64,000 nt of DNA. Origin: Bigelowiella natans CCMP2755. Taxonomy: Eukaryota > Protista > Cercozoa. Below are positions 1 to 14,565 of this stretch, piece by piece. Position 1 is the stretch's first letter; each line of letters begins with the position of its first letter. Position numbers and translations under genes: made by a program. Below the pieces are notes generated by a model. That model did not search any database and was not told where the DNA came from. It saw only the letters and a list, made by a program, of their open reading frames with translations. The DNA lies in NCBI GenBank assembly GCA_000320545.1, contig ADNK01003385.1:1-64000 (forward strand), given 5' to 3'.

Positions 1-283
1 AAAACCACCAACAGGACAAAGCAAGTGAGCGAGAGCCCCTTTTTTAGTTTCTCTGATTTGGGGGGGAGCAGTAGCGCCAATGAAACTTTCGGAACCCCCC
101 GTCCCCTTAAAACAAAAAAGGGCCCGATAACCCATGCGGGTTTTTTTAAAAAAACGAACATTCCACAAACCCCCCCCCCCCCCCCCCCACGATCATCAAC
201 AACAGATCATCCACCACTACAGCACAACAAGGCGCACACAAATCCGCATTCGTAATGATAGAATTGTGTGTGTGTGCTCGTAG

Positions 284-382
284 GCTCGTAGCCCGTACTT
301 TTTTCGATATATCCAGTCAAGAGTGACGCTGGGAGAAAGAGACTCGCGGTAGTGTGTGAGGGACTAAAAACGACGCGACGCG

Positions 383-427
<45 letters not shown>

Positions 428-1099
428 AGGGAAAGGGGGGGGGGGGGGGTGTCTTCGTTGGTTTGTCTAGCTACCACCCTATTCGTCCCTGCTATTAATG
501 CCATAATGCGTGTAAATTTATCATCAATAGTATATTGCTATCATGAGGGTAGAGCCTCCTCCTTCTCTTCTTCTTCCTTATCATCATCATCGTCATCATC
601 ACCATCATCATCATCATTATCATCATTGTCAAATAATAGCAGCAAAGAGCACACCCACACACAAAGCATTCCTACTGCTACTTGATGATGTGAGATGTTG
701 TTATCGTTATGTGCTGATATGCTGATTTGGCGTGCTACGTACATGAAGGCCTCGGACTTTCCCCACCCTTATCCACAGCTTCCCCGCCTTGTTGTGGCTT
801 TTAATGTTTAGATTTCCTTCCTGCCGAAATCTAAAATACGGGGAGGAGGGACAGGTGAGGGGGGGGGGGGGGGGGGGTGAGGAATTGAATAGAGACTCTT
901 AGGAGTTTGGGTAAATCAAAGGCCTTTATTTGAACGAATAAAGTAGAGAATTTGATTCTGTTTTATGAAGATAGGATGTACAGATATGCGTTAAATCGAT
1001 CGGTTGAGGAAGAGACGGGTGATAAGGGGATTGGTAGTCCCTTATAAACACTACGCATAGCATCATCATCATCATTATCATCATCATCATCATCATTAC

Positions 1100-1135
<36 letters not shown>

Positions 1136-2241
1136 TACCATCATCATCATCATCATTACCATCATCATCATCATCATTCACCATCATCATATCATCATCA
1201 TCATCATTACCATCATCATATCATCATCATCATCATCACGCTGTATTATCGACGCAAACTCTCAGTCATTTCTTCCTACTTGGGAAATTTCCCTAGATTG
1301 CTGACCGATCCTTTCAAGAATCTGCCATGGTTAGCACAACGAAGCATGTGAAGAGGGAAGATCAGCGTAAGAAAACATCGTGATGAGGATGGAGAACAAG
1401 CATCATCGTTCTGGTACAGTAGAGTAGATGTCTCATGAGCTTCCAAAAATAGCTACCACACCTCACAGTAACACGTTTCCCAATACTTAACATAAACATT
1501 ACGCTTTGCATGGCTCTGCTGCCTCCATGAAGAAGCCCGATGACTTCATGTAGTCGATCTCCTACGTAGTGGGAGGTGGGGAAGGGGGGATAAAGGAGAG
1601 GAAACATAATAAAGATACGATGAAAACGTTGTGTCATCTTTGCGGGTTTAGATGTTGTTGATGCTATCAGTGCTTGTCGCTCCACCGGGATAACGATATA
1701 TCCATAATCGAGCCTTCCTTGAATAGGAACAGTGCTTTGTGTACAAACGAGGAGGAGGAGGAGGAGGAGGAGGAGGAGGAGGAGGACAATACCCATTCAA
1801 ACAAAAGAAGGTTAAAACATCAAACCGTGCCGACTACATACGCTCATTAAAGTAATAGAAGAAATCCACTTGACACTGCAGTTATCTACTAGCAGCATGC
1901 ATCTCCGTTGTTTTGAGAAAATCGTATCATCACTACACATAACACGCGACAGGTGCGATTGCTGGCTCTTAGAGCACTGTTGTTGGTGGTGATTCTTCTT
2001 CAATCATAAAGCATTAGTAGTCGCGTGGGATATAAACGTTCACGGGACGGAAAGCTGCTACCTCTGGACAACGACATCCCCACGACGAAGAATGTGACAA
2101 ACCGAGCAGCTGTATACAAGGAGAAAAACCGCATGTGGAAATGTGATGAAAGGAGGCGGAGCGAGACTTAGAAAAGCTGCGAATCCCTCATTTTTAGCGG
2201 TGGCTGCTATTCGAGGAAACATTCCGATGACAGCAATATTT
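284..2241 (+). CDS. Possible fragmentary multi-exon gene (BTB-like / ankyrin-like fragments), unresolved
   Basis: Short AG...GT-bounded non-repetitive segments between microsatellites: 284-348 ARSPYFFRYIQSRVTLGERDS (resembles the BTB 'ARSPYF' motif), 1297-1329 IADRSFQESAM, ~2171-2241 KAANPSFLAVAAIRGNIPMTAIF|gtaagt (ankyrin-like AAxxGN). No complete model could be built. Confidence 0.2.
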
Positions 2242-2427
2242 GTAAGTATGGAATATGTAGAGGTGTGCGTGTGTGGTATTTTTATATTGTTGGCGGGTTT
2301 AGTCTGGTTTTGGCACTAGTCTTTCTTCTTCTTCTGCGACCTTCTGCAAGCCCAGCAAGTAGTGCAGAAACAGCACAACTGTTGTTCCAAATCACATCCA
2401 AAGAAATAACCATTATTCAAATACCAT

Positions 2428-2458
<31 letters not shown>

Positions 2459-2459
2459 T

Positions 2460-2494
<35 letters not shown>

Positions 2495-2528
2495 CACACA
2501 CACACACACACACTATGAATAGTATATT

Positions 2529-2563
<35 letters not shown>

Positions 2564-3857
2564 ATATCTGTGTGTGTGTGTGTGTGTGTGTGCGTATTTA
2601 TGCCGACATCTGAGAAGCATTTACGGTAAAATTTAGCTCGTGAGCGTTCACCTTATCGAGGAAAGAGAACTCATGTTTGAGAGCTAGGAACTGAAGCTCA
2701 ATATTTTCCACCGAGAATTGAAATGTCTGTTTTGGATCGAAGGATGAGCTTGACACATCGTATCTCGCAAAAGGTTGACATATGGTAGGGAGGTGATATA
2801 ACATAATAGGTAGAAATAATCCACAACTTACTCGTTTTTCTGCCTTGAATTTCTTTTGCAACGCGTATCTAACCTGAGGGGGGAGTCAATTCTAGGTTAT
2901 TGCATTGAAGAATGGGCAGCAATCAGGACACACTAGTGTACCTCATCTTTAAAGCGGTCATCGATGTTTTCTTTGGCTCGATCAGTCTTCTCTGCTCCGC
3001 TCATCTATCTCTATTGAGAAATGGCAGTCCCCCTCTTTTCGAAGAGAGACGTCCTCCTCCCCCTCTTCAAAATGCTGCAAGATGGAGATGCCTTCCGAAA
3101 TTCAAATTTTAAAAACTCCATCTCACAGCCTCGTCATTATTGTCGTAGATACAAAATCTCCTTTATTCAAATTAAAACTCTAATTTATGGCCATGCCGTT
3201 GTCGTAAATTCTTTTCCCCATGAATTTGATGCAGGTATTAGGTTGCTGATATCCAGATAGCAGCACTGTAAAAATGCCCTGGGTTTCAAATCATCCGTAA
3301 AACATTATGAGGAGAATTACGTTAGGGTACCACTTCTCTTGCTATAGACAGTTGTTGAAGAGCCTTTAAAACATGCCGTATACCTTTTCAGTGTAAAACA
3401 CAGGGCATCTCCGCCATTTTCTTCAAAAAGAGACCATCAAGCTAGCTCTCGTTGTTAATATTTTAAGGCTGACGACAGTCTTTTTTATTTCTCATTATGT
3501 TCCCATAATGCCTTTCTTTTGATTACTAATAACGATCATATGTCTAGTTTTCGAAGAAATCGTCTGGCATCCAAAAACTTCCATACTCAAGATGTTTCTG
3601 AATGTTCCTTGAAATGCGTCTTCTCTATTTCTTTTCAGATATGAATTCTCAAATATAGCATGCAAATCTTCGGTCTTTACCATGATAATGCATTCGTTCC
3701 TATGTCGTCACTTTTCAATGTCTTTGATTTCCAATTAGACCTTCTTTCGGAAACGCACTGAATGGCGGGGGAGAATATACACATTGGGAAAAAGGTCGGT
3801 TTCTGAGAGGAATCTTTCTTTTACTTTGAACGTCTTTCGATCCGAGTGAAGGAAAAG

Positions 3858-4671
3858 GGGTGGCACATACAATCGGCAACCCTTGAGAGACGAATTTGTT
3901 GAAGACGTAAGTTTCGCTCACGGACATTAGAAGTCAAAGCTAGTGTTAGGGCTATTTGGTGTATTTTGTTCTGGGGCACTCTTGAGCGAAGGAGGGAAGC
4001 TTTAGGTCTCATCAAGGCAAGAAGGACATAAAGCACCCGTTCTTGTTTACTTCTACAAGTCAGAAGGACACAGTTTACATCGTCAAGGACAAAAAAAGTA
4101 CTTAATTCAAACAAAACATATACATATTCCAAAAATGCTTTGGATCCCACGAGATAGAGCAGCGATTCTCGCAGAGAAGGAACGATTGGCCTTGGCAAGA
4201 AAGCTGGGCTACAAGCTGAATGGAACATCCTCTACCGATAACTCCGAAGACAACAATCGTAGCAAGGACATCACTTTGTGCTCCTACGAGGACACAAAAC
4301 ATAGTCGCGGGTCTGGTTTTGGGCGGTCAGTGGACGCTCCTTGTGATTCTCCTTCTAAGGATGGAGGTAGAAAGGCTTATTATCGTCGTGGAGTAGCCTC
4401 GCGGAGCGCCGGTTACAATAAAAGTAAAAATGGAATGGCAAGATACTCAAACCATCAACATCATCGTTCTTCCCCTCGTGACCGCATGGCGATATATAAC
4501 AACAACCGACCCCGCCACCCCAACGACAAACGTAGCAATTCCCCCTACTACCGCTCTTTCGGCGGAGGGTCCTCAAAAAAAAGGAAGGGTGAAATTATGA
4601 CAAGAAGGCGTGCAAAGAACGATGGTGTCTGTTCAGCAAACTGCAGCCTGCTCGGATGCCAGACTATGTAG
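3858..4671 (+). CDS. Hypothetical protein, basic Arg/Ser-rich C-terminus (at least 2 exons; 5' end unresolved)
   Basis: Exon GGTYNRQPLRDEFVED|gtaagt (~3858-3906), then a long open frame HKAPVLVYFYKSEGH...KMLWIPRDRAAILAEKERLALARKLG... to the stop at 4671 (ORF 4135..4671). Confidence 0.4.
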
Positions 4672-5904
4672 AGCTCGAAAGGAAGCTAAGCTTCTGACCA
4701 GCAAGACGTTTGAAGGATGAGCGGAGAGGGGGGGAGGGGAATTTTAAGACGAATAGTCTTGTGGTGTCCTCACGCTTAATGAGTCTAGCTTAACCCTCGT
4801 AGAAGCAAATACCAACAAAATATATTAACCAATTTCGCAGTTGCCAGTAAGAGAATTGATTTAAGCGACTAGAGACTAGAGTAGTAAGAGCTCTGCTCAG
4901 TATGTGCCTATGCAGTACCATGATCAGTAGGATATCCTTATGGAAGAATTTAGTTGATAGCCCAGATAAGCCAATAGAGTTTAGAAATCACACTTTTCTA
5001 CAACATAGAGTGCGAGTTGATAATCTTAAATACGTGAAACGAATTAGAAATGACGCCCACTGGCCACTACCATGTGCAGATATATCTACATCGTAGTGTG
5101 AGAAGGCGGTGACTATGGCGTGTGGACTGCATGACCATGCTCTGGTGTGCTCCATCCCGGAGGAGGGGCGGGCTTCAGCTTGCATAATGCAATGCAACAA
5201 TACGTCATCCTGTCTAAACCACATATATACATGTGCTGCTTCTGGGCGATGTGGTGCTGCGCTGCAGTAAACGCATACTAGTACGGCTTGATGGCATGTT
5301 ATCTATAGCCCATAATGCTACATAGCGTACAGACGTACGAACATATGTAGTTTCATACACCTGTTCTTCATGACATGTGATGTTTTATGTGCAGTTCTTT
5401 ACGTACAACACATCTGACATGCATGATCTAGTGATGTTTATTTCATGCATATGCTAGCATGCACATCGTACGTATCTAGACATGTTCTCTTATTATCTAT
5501 ACACAATGCACCAAATTGTAGATAAGCACACACATGTCTATCATGTTTGTCATATTTGTTTACATGTTGTGCGCATGCTAGTAGCATGTGTCCCATGCAA
5601 TATACATATGCAACGCATGCATGCATTAGACATCCACGCTAGAACGGCATGCAGACATTATGCAAAATGACGATTGACATTGAAGCACTGCATGTTTGCA
5701 AGGCGTCATCTGTGCTTTGACAATGCATGATGACATCTAGCTGCTAGCTAGCTAGGTGGTAGGCAATTGTTGCATTTTAAATATTTCCCTCTGCTCTAGT
5801 ACCAGCTCATGTTCTCATGTTGCTTCACTTGACATGCCCTTCGGGCTCTTGCTGTCCACAAAATTGACAGGCATGCATGAAGCACACGACATATAGCAGC
5901 GACA

Positions 5905-7116
5905 CTAATAAAGTTGATCAATGTGGCAAACCCAGGCCTTGATAGAAATGGTCTTTTGAGAAGGCGAATACTTGACCTCTACTCCTCCATTACGTCCATC
6001 AATTGCGAGATCACTATTGCAGCCACACACACCTCCTGATCCTCGCGGTGGACTATAAACTCCAAACAATGTTGAAAGCTCCACACGCTCTGAGTACCAA
6101 GCACCACTTTTCACGAGCGTGGTTAGTCCTGGATCATTCTTTTTGCCAATGAGGCAAGCGTACATTGTCTTTTCCACACGTCCGACTTTAACTGCCATCA
6201 TTGAGCCTGATGTAATGTTCAAGTGTGAGAGGAGTGGGGCATCCGCAGTCAACTAAAATTTAAAATCCAAAGACATGTGCATGTACCGTTTTCAGATTTC
6301 ATATTGCCCCAAGTCATGTGAGACTTAAATGCTGCTCTAATTTCCTTTCTCATTTGCATGATCTCAGACGCTGTTGGAAGTCCAGCGTTGGCATTGATGC
6401 TTCCGAGTGGCGTCGGCCTGTCCGCAAGTGCTCTCGCAGCCGTATGCAGTTGTGATCAAATTAAGAGTGACATTATGGTTTGTGAAGGAAAATTACATCA
6501 AAGTTAGACTTGTGAGAGATTACGACGACATCAAACACGACGATGATGAGTAGGATAACTGCATTTCAGCTGAATAATAGCTCGGAACCCCAAAAATCTC
6601 GGTGAAATTCAGGCTATACGCGGGATGTATTGGGTTCTGAGCGATTATTGAGCTAAAATCCTCTGGAAGTCTAAGTCTAGGATAATTTCTAGTGTAGGAC
6701 GGGAAAGCCCGTATGTTCTCAATGGTTGCACATACTCTTGCTTGCTGCTCCTTTCTTTTCTTGTTTGCAACGCGCTTCAGACGAGATTTCATTTTTTTCT
6801 TTAAAGCGCTCACACCATGTTTTTGTAGTGCATATCGAAGAAGATCATCCGTACGATATAGCTTTGTTCTACCAGAACCCCATCCCCCAGGCTTTTCGTG
6901 AGGGATGCGATGCATATCATTAGAGGTGAGAAAGTATTCTCTCTTCGCCTCAGCAGTGCGTAGGTATCGCTGTTTACGTTCACAGATTCGTTTAAATTCC
7001 AGGTCAGCTTGTTGAGAAGGGGTTTCAGGTGCTGCGTTGTCAACCGGTGTGCCTTCTTTTCGCGTGAGGTCAATGATTCCAGCCTTACTTTGTGTAGCAA
7101 CTATTGTGTTGGACAT
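5905..7116 (-). CDS. Protein with an XPA/Rad14 C-terminal-like helical domain plus an unknown C-terminal domain (3 exons)
   Basis: Exon 1 MSNTIV...LRTAEAKREYFLTSNDM...TKLYRTDDLLRYALQKHG...KKRKEQQAR|gtatgt resembles the XPA-C pattern TxAKxxYxL..D...KLY....V...A..KxG. Exon 2 ~6450-6288 ARALADRP...WGNMKSEN|gtacat. Exon 3 GSMMAVKVGRV...WVCHIDQLY* ends at 5905. No XPA zinc finger seen. Confidence 0.55.
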
Positions 7117-7853
7117 ATCGGACTCTGCTTCAACGAGGTGCGGTCTTGGGGGGTCCGGGCTTCAGCACAGTGTTTTTTAGTTGAGAATAGAATTCGGTAA
7201 AACCACCAAAAAAAGTGACAAAATTGCGCGAAGGTATTTGGGAGAACATTTTTGGCATCTCAAGAGTTGTTGAAATCGTGAATTTTGCAATTGGAATTTT
7301 CGCACTGACATTAGAGACCGTTTTTGCTGAGAGAATGCATTGGGGAAACGCAAGAGGAAATGTTCTTCCATGATGCAGCTTTCGTTGAAATGCTTCGAAA
7401 GATCGAATTTGAAAATGCAAGAACTTTGTTGCTATGGCGCAAACTCAATTTCCTCGAAGATTAACTTCGAGCCGAAAAAATAATTTGGCACAGATCTATC
7501 TCTCTAAACCTTTGATTTGAGCTGTGAGAGGTCGACAAATGTAAGATCTTCCTTTTCTCAAATATTTCACGTTTCTCCAATTCGTGCCTAGATTTTCGAC
7601 ATTTTTGAGGATCAAGTTCCCCAAACTGCCTTTTTCCCTCCTAGCAATCGGCCAACTCGCTCCCGCAGCCCAATGCTGAAAGGCGTACCGTCGTCCCGAA
7701 CCCTAGTTCGGCCCGACGTCACGTCTCCGCCAGATGCTCTCCTCATCAAAACCGATAAACGAAGGCAGTTTTGACCGGAAAGGCCCGTCAGCATCGTCAC
7801 ATTGTAAAAAGGAAAACATTTCATCGAAAGCGCCAGCTGCTTGCACCCGAACC

Positions 7854-7894
<41 letters not shown>

Positions 7895-7920
7895 AAACCT
7901 CAACCTCCAAACCCGTCGCA

Positions 7921-8803
7921 ATGCAGAGGCGCATGTTGTTTGGATTGATGGTTTTGGTGCTATTCAATAATGCAAGAGGAGAGGCGTCAGGAAATGTATC
8001 CTTTCCAACGACGACGTTATCGTCAGGTTATCTGTTACGAATTTCCCACCCACGATGCCCACATCCCAGAAGTTGCAAACTGAATTTTCTAGGATATTCT
8101 TTTCGATCGTGACATCCTTCCTCAATTTCCTAATGCCTCATTGAGTGTTGTCCTCCTCTTCACAACTGAAATGATCAGCAGCGACTGCTACTACAAGGCT
8201 CCTGTTTGGCTCATGCAACACCGCTCGAATGCCTCAATGGGCATGGGATCCAATGATGAAAATGGCCCCAGACGCATGGCTATGGCTTGGTGATTCAGTA
8301 TATGGCGACTTAAACGATACGGCTTATTCTCTCAGGTTTGTTATTTTCTAATTATAACTACCCCGACCAGGTTCAGAAACTCGATACCTCTCCCCCCCCC
8401 CCCGCGCTCCTTTTGAATACCATTTCAGCGCGAACTGGAAAGCGGCCACTCCTGGCCATCTTCGTCGACTGTACAATATTCAAAAGAACAACCCAGGGTA
8501 TGTGCGCTTCATGCGAGGGACTGGCGCAAAGATATTTGGCGTCTGGGACGACCACCACTTCCGAAACCATAATGCCCACTCCACATACCCCCACAAGGGT
8601 GATTCCCAGAAAGCGTTCCTAGACTTTCTTGATGAGCCTAAGGACTCCCCGCGGCGTAAGCAGAATGGTGTCTACTCAACGCACTTGTTAGACAACGGTA
8701 CGACCGCGGTTTTTAAATATTATTGGGATGTGTGAATTGTGTCGTATCCTTTTTCCTTCCTCTCTCGACAACATCTATGCTGGATATATACTTTCTTGCC
8801 TCC

Positions 8804-8836
<33 letters not shown>

Positions 8837-10100
8837 CTGCATAAAGGGAGGATACGACTGATCTTGCTTGATGTGCGGTATAACCGAACGCCTTACTCCG
8901 AGGGACAAGATGGGGACTTCTTGGGTGAAGACCAATGGGTAGTAGTTGTAATTTTTAAAGACTTTAACCCCGCATCTAATGCTACTTCATCTTGTACTTC
9001 TCTTAGAAATGGTTTGAGTCGGTATTGATATCGAGTCAAGCAGAGGTCAACATAATCGCTGGTGGGATTCAGTTCTTACCCCCTCGTACAACTGCTCTGG
9101 GGATTCCAATCGCTGAGGTTGTAGTGCTCTCCACATGTTCTTGCTGCGCCAGTGAAAAGTCGCAAGTTTGTGTTCGCTTTACGAATGGAATAATCATTTT
9201 GTGCTTAGAGTTGGACGAGATTTCCTTCGGCTAGGGAGAGGCTTCTCAACCTAGTGCTCTCCTCTGGGGTTAGAGCCCCCATTTTTCTCAGTGGAGATGT
9301 CCACTTCGCTGAAATCTCAGAGGCAGTTTGCAGTTGTCAGGAACCTTTGGAGAATGAAAGCAATTATGCATTGGCTAATGAGAGTGGGGGGGGTAGAACA
9401 GACGATAGTAAGAGCACCCCAGAAAGCACGCTCCTAGAATTTACAAGCAGCGGATTGACCCACAGCTGGAAAGAAAGTTTGAACAACCCTGCCAAGCTCA
9501 TTCTTGCTAGCATGTGTGATTAGAAAGATTGTAGGGGTGAGGAATTGAAGTCTCCATCTTTTTTTGGTCTAAACTTTGGCGACAATGGGTTTAGACGGAT
9601 GGATCATGCCGAGCTTGTTGGACGCCTTCCTTGGCCTTCCTGGAAATTTAGCCTACCAGAAGGAAGGTTGTTGCTTTGTGATAGAGGAGTCTTCGACTGT
9701 TGATCGGCTACTGAACGTTGCTCGTGGATCATCATTTTAAAGCTCACAGCTGCTATGTTGTGGTGTGTGCTTGCCAGGGCTAATGTACGTGGGAATGAAC
9801 TTTGGAGAGATCGAGTTCAGACTTGTAATGGGGTTTTTATCTGCTCCCCCCCCCCCCCCCTTTCTTTGACACCATGCATTGTAGCACATTCCTCATTTTC
9901 TCTTTCTCGCTCCACGCTATCATGGATATCTTTGACAGGACCAAGAGACGCCATCTATTGTTGTAAGGATCCATGGGAAAGAGTCCAAAATACATATGTC
10001 CCGAACCTACTCCCTTGACATGCTGACCCCGCCTTCCATCATAACACAACGCTCCAGACAGCGCAGCAATGACTGCAGCTGCCGTGGAGTAAACGAATAG
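7921..10100 (+). CDS. phoD: PhoD-family alkaline phosphatase/phosphodiesterase, secreted (multi-exon)
   Basis: Signal peptide MQRRMLFGLMVLVLFNNARG; motifs LLFGSCN, AWLWLGDSVYGD, FGVWDDH, AFLDFLDEP..SPRRKQNGVY, LILLDVRYNR..GDFLGEDQW, ESWTRFPSARERLL, FLSGDVHFAEIS, EFTSSGLTHSW; last exon DQETPSIVVRIHG...GVNE* ends at 10100. Confidence 0.88.
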
Positions 10101-11475
10101 AGACGCTCGATGAAGTATTGATTCGTTGCACATTTAAGCAACCTTTGCCACCAGAAAGAAGTGTTTAAGAAGTTAGGGCGAGTTTGCACTAGTTGTACAT
10201 GGATAAGCTCTGTACGTTTGCAGGGTTTTTGGGGGCGTGTGCGTGACCAATTACTTTAAGGTCAGCAGTCTGTTTACCAATGAACCCCATGCTTTGCCTT
10301 CACACAATCGTAGCAATTTTGAGATCGATAACAGAGGAAAAATGATTAACAAGAAAAGAAAATATAAATGGCCGTAGCGCCAGACCAGCAACAGCAGGCA
10401 CTGCAGACACAATGCATGCATGGCACATCCACGTATACACGCACAGTATATAACAGCTAGGCAGCATCGATCGATGCACCACCAAATGAGTGCCTGCTGT
10501 GTGATGACAGTAAAGCTATACATGTACTACTAGACTAGACAAACAGCTTTAACGAACAATGAAGCACAGTACGTACGATACTAGACCAGCAGATAAGTGT
10601 GATGTGTGCATGATGTGTGATGTGTGATAATATAATAATAATAATAATAGCATGCATGACAATTCACTAAGCGTATCTAGGCATGCTTGCATGTGTACGT
10701 AGTATGACCATATGTGTGCATTAGCGCGCAGGTAAATGCCTTCTGCGTGTCGTCACATGTCGCATGTCTGAGTACGACGCTCATGCATCAGCGCTACACA
10801 CACACACACACACACGCGCGCGTACAGGGATAGCTAGAGGGGACTTGTCTAGGGCTAGAGGGTATGGTGTATAAAGCACGCATGAAGACTTATACCTTTA
10901 TTTTTTGCACATTTTATTGCTTTTTTTTTGGCTGTGCTTTTGACACGTGAAAGTGCACACACATTTGCTTACATACCCCCTGATCCCCCCAATGACAATG
11001 AGGTGAAGCACACAATGTGTGTGGTGGTGACACAATCTAGCAGCAGTCTAGCAATGAATCAACAATGCTATGAAACAAACAGGTGATGAGATGAAGCAGT
11101 CGCGCACGCAAAACAGTCGAATCGCTATGCGAAAAAACAGGATGAGCTTGCACGTCACCACCCCGACCCGTACTAGCGTAGGCTAGTAGGGTGGGGACAT
11201 TAAATTCAAACAAAATGATGACACAACACACACCGTACTACATCCAGACGTATGTGGATGGATCACGCTAGCATGTGTGTACTGCTGGACTCATACGAGT
11301 ATATGCGTATGCACATGTAGTATATGCGTATGCACATGTGTACATAATAGTTAGATTCTTTCATTACTAAAATTTTGTACGATATTTGTACAGAACAGCA
11401 TAATGTGGAAGACAATAGCACGCATCATAACAACTAGTTCTTGCACCATATCTACTATATATTGTTGGGTCTCTG

Positions 11476-11687
11476 CTAATAATGTGTAATTATAAAATCG
11501 GCTGGAGTGCTGAGCACATCGAAGAAAAGGTTAAGATCCTCACTGGCTACTTGAAATGTGTTTTTAAGAAGATCATATAGGAAAAACTGTCCCGCAATTA
11601 TAGGCGTCGCCCACAGTATCCTGTTAGAAGAGAGAAGAGAAGAGAGTTATCATCATCATCATCCTTTTTTATTCTCCCAAAATGTCG

Positions 11688-11721
<34 letters not shown>

Positions 11722-12095
11722 ATCCTCTCAATTGTCATCAGTCGTCGTCGTCATCATCACGCTCTGTTTGCAAGTTGTCGGTCGCACATCTATATCATAT
11801 GCTACCTGCTTGGCAACCCAAGGTACAGCCCAGCGAGGCCAAATTCCTACCACAACACAACACGGAGAGGGGGAGGTTCAGAATCAATGATCGTGGATTT
11901 GAATAACACGTTGATGATCTTGCATTCGCCTTCATCCTACCTAGCACCACTGCTCTATATGAGCACTGTTATATATGCTACCTTGACAAGTTGTCTAAAA
12001 GCGTCTACGAAGGAAATTCCTCCTTCTTGCTTCATCTTGCTAAGAATGGTATCTGCAGGCTGGGATACGACAGAGGCTGCTAATCCAGCAACTGG

Positions 12096-12127
<32 letters not shown>

Positions 12128-12207
12128 TGATGTTGTTGTTTGGGTAGGTAATATTAGGTAAGAATCATAATCATCTAAGTGCCAATGTTAGTAAATGGCG
12201 ATTGCAC

Positions 12208-12239
<32 letters not shown>

Positions 12240-12459
12240 CTTCCTATTACTACAACAACAACAACTACTACTATCACCACTACTACTACTGCCAGAGCTA
12301 CTAGCAAGCTTCTTCTTGTTCTTGTTCTTCTTCTTCTTCTACCTGCCCCAGCTAAAAACGATACGAACAACTGGCTGGACGAGGTGTCGGTTAACGAAGG
12401 GAATATTCTACCAAATACACGTATCATTTCTCAGAATTGTGATCGTCATTGCACTCCCC

Positions 12460-12491
<32 letters not shown>

Positions 12492-12565
12492 ATCACGAAA
12501 TACACATTTTAATGATGAGTAATACGGTACTGTAGCATGGGCAGAGAATTGGCGTCTAACCACAT

Positions 12566-12609
<44 letters not shown>

Positions 12610-14516
12610 CATATTTATAATATGCAATGAATGATGATGATGAGGGGCCGGTCTTCTACGGCTATTGTTACCTAAATATCTCGTCTGCAAACGAGTCAAA
12701 TATGAAGAACTTCATCATTCCGAAGAGGACCTAAGAATGGAGAGTGATAGGCGATGAAGAGGGGGAGGGAGGGAGGGATCTACTCTACTACGACGAAGAG
12801 ACGCTGTCGGTGAATCCACAAATGCATTCATGTAGCAGCGAGCAATTGAAGACTAAAAGCAGCCAAACGATGATGGCAAGGAAACGAATGGCAAGGACAG
12901 ATGTGTAGTAGTAAGAAGGGGGCGGGGGATGATAGCACTGCAATCCCTTCCTGTGATGACGTATGTAGCTAAAAAGTAATGCTGCATCGTTCTTCGGTGA
13001 GAAATTTCTTCATCATCATCATCTTCTTCTTCTTCTTCTTTTTCTCCTTCTCTTCCAAAATGCTGGCATCAACAAAGCGAAACCCCCATACGTCTTTCTC
13101 TCTCTATATTGCTATTACTACCTGTCTTGTAGCCAGGGGGCCGAATCCTTGAAACAGTGACGCTACCCCCTCCTCCTTGCTGATCCTCTGAGAAGAAAGA
13201 AAGACCGTCAGGCAGCGTTGTTGTCATCATCAGAGAATGAGAAAAGGTGATGATCTACCCACGCCTCATAATCCATACTATTATTTCTACCACCACTACT
13301 GATACTACTACTACTGCTGCTGCTGCTCTTTCTGTTAGTAGTAGTACCTTCAACGTGCTGACGAATGAATCAGCATAGTCAGGTTGTGCTACGATGCGAA
13401 TACGAGCGGTCTCTGCAGGGGTAACACCGATGCATGCAACGACTGTCGCCAAAGCGCCTAAGAGTAGCATTAGCAGCAGGAGTAGTAGTAGAGAACAACG
13501 AATATCTTACTTGAAATAATGATCACGATCAAGATGATGATCACAGATGGGTTGAAATATTTACGAATATACAGCATCATCATCATCATCATCATCATCA
13601 TCATTGTTCTTCGCATAACCATCGACGCTCTCATCATGCACCAACGATCAATGTTGTACGTTGTTTGTTCTTCATCATTCATCACTTACCAGCCATAAGC
13701 ACCAAGGGCACGTGGAAGGTCTCTGCGTAAGTCTCTCCAGCCTTTCCATATATTTAAAGTTATTAAGAGATATATGCTGTAGCACTCCTTCATCCGTACA
13801 AAAAACCATCATCATCACCATCACCACCATCACCATTTAATACAATAGCGACATTAACAACATCATCGATACAACAGCAAGCTAGTACTAGTACTGACCA
13901 AACTAACAAGTTCTCTCTTGAGGAGCTCGTAGCCTGGATACACCGTGAGTCCATACCACGAGTACCCAACCACAGTCGCCCCTATTGATAAGATATATAG
14001 AGTTAGGAAGTCAGCTCACGACTACTACTATCTGCTACTAACAGCAGTACCAGCAATAATAGTATTGATCATAATAATGATATTATAAGAATGATAATAT
14101 GCACCTGCGCCGAGCAGCAGCGCGCCCCCTCCCTCCTAAAAATGACGGGTTATATTGATGTCAGTAGTTAATCGAGGGTTACTACTAGTCTTCTTATCTT
14201 CCTCCTCCTCCCCCTCCTCCTCCTCCTCCTCCTCCTCCAGAAGCAACTCCTCCCCCCTCCTCAAACTTCGCTTGTATGAGTAAGCATTATTATCATTGTT
14301 GTTATTTATTACTATCACCTCTTTATATATCCTAGCCGCTCCTTCAATCAAGTTTGGATACCTAGTAGCATTCGCCATCATCATAATCACGACAATTATA
14401 GCGGTAGAGCCGATGATGATGATGATGATGATGATTATGATGACGGTGAGAAAATACCAACGATGGTTGTGATGATGGTGATGGTGACGATATGGATGAT
14501 AGTGATAATGAGAACA

Positions 14517-14565
<49 letters not shown>

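Noticed and set aside
1-260. ORF 25..255 and adjacent homopolymer runs
   Set aside because: Homopolymer-rich sequence next to a poly-C run looks like low-quality base calls.
2598-3683. Possible minus-strand gene (MSGAEKTDRAKENIDDRFKDE|VRYALQKKFKAEKR|TFQFSVENIELQFL...)
   Set aside because: Splice-like borders exist, but there is no recognisable domain and competing plus-strand readings are possible, so I cannot support a model.
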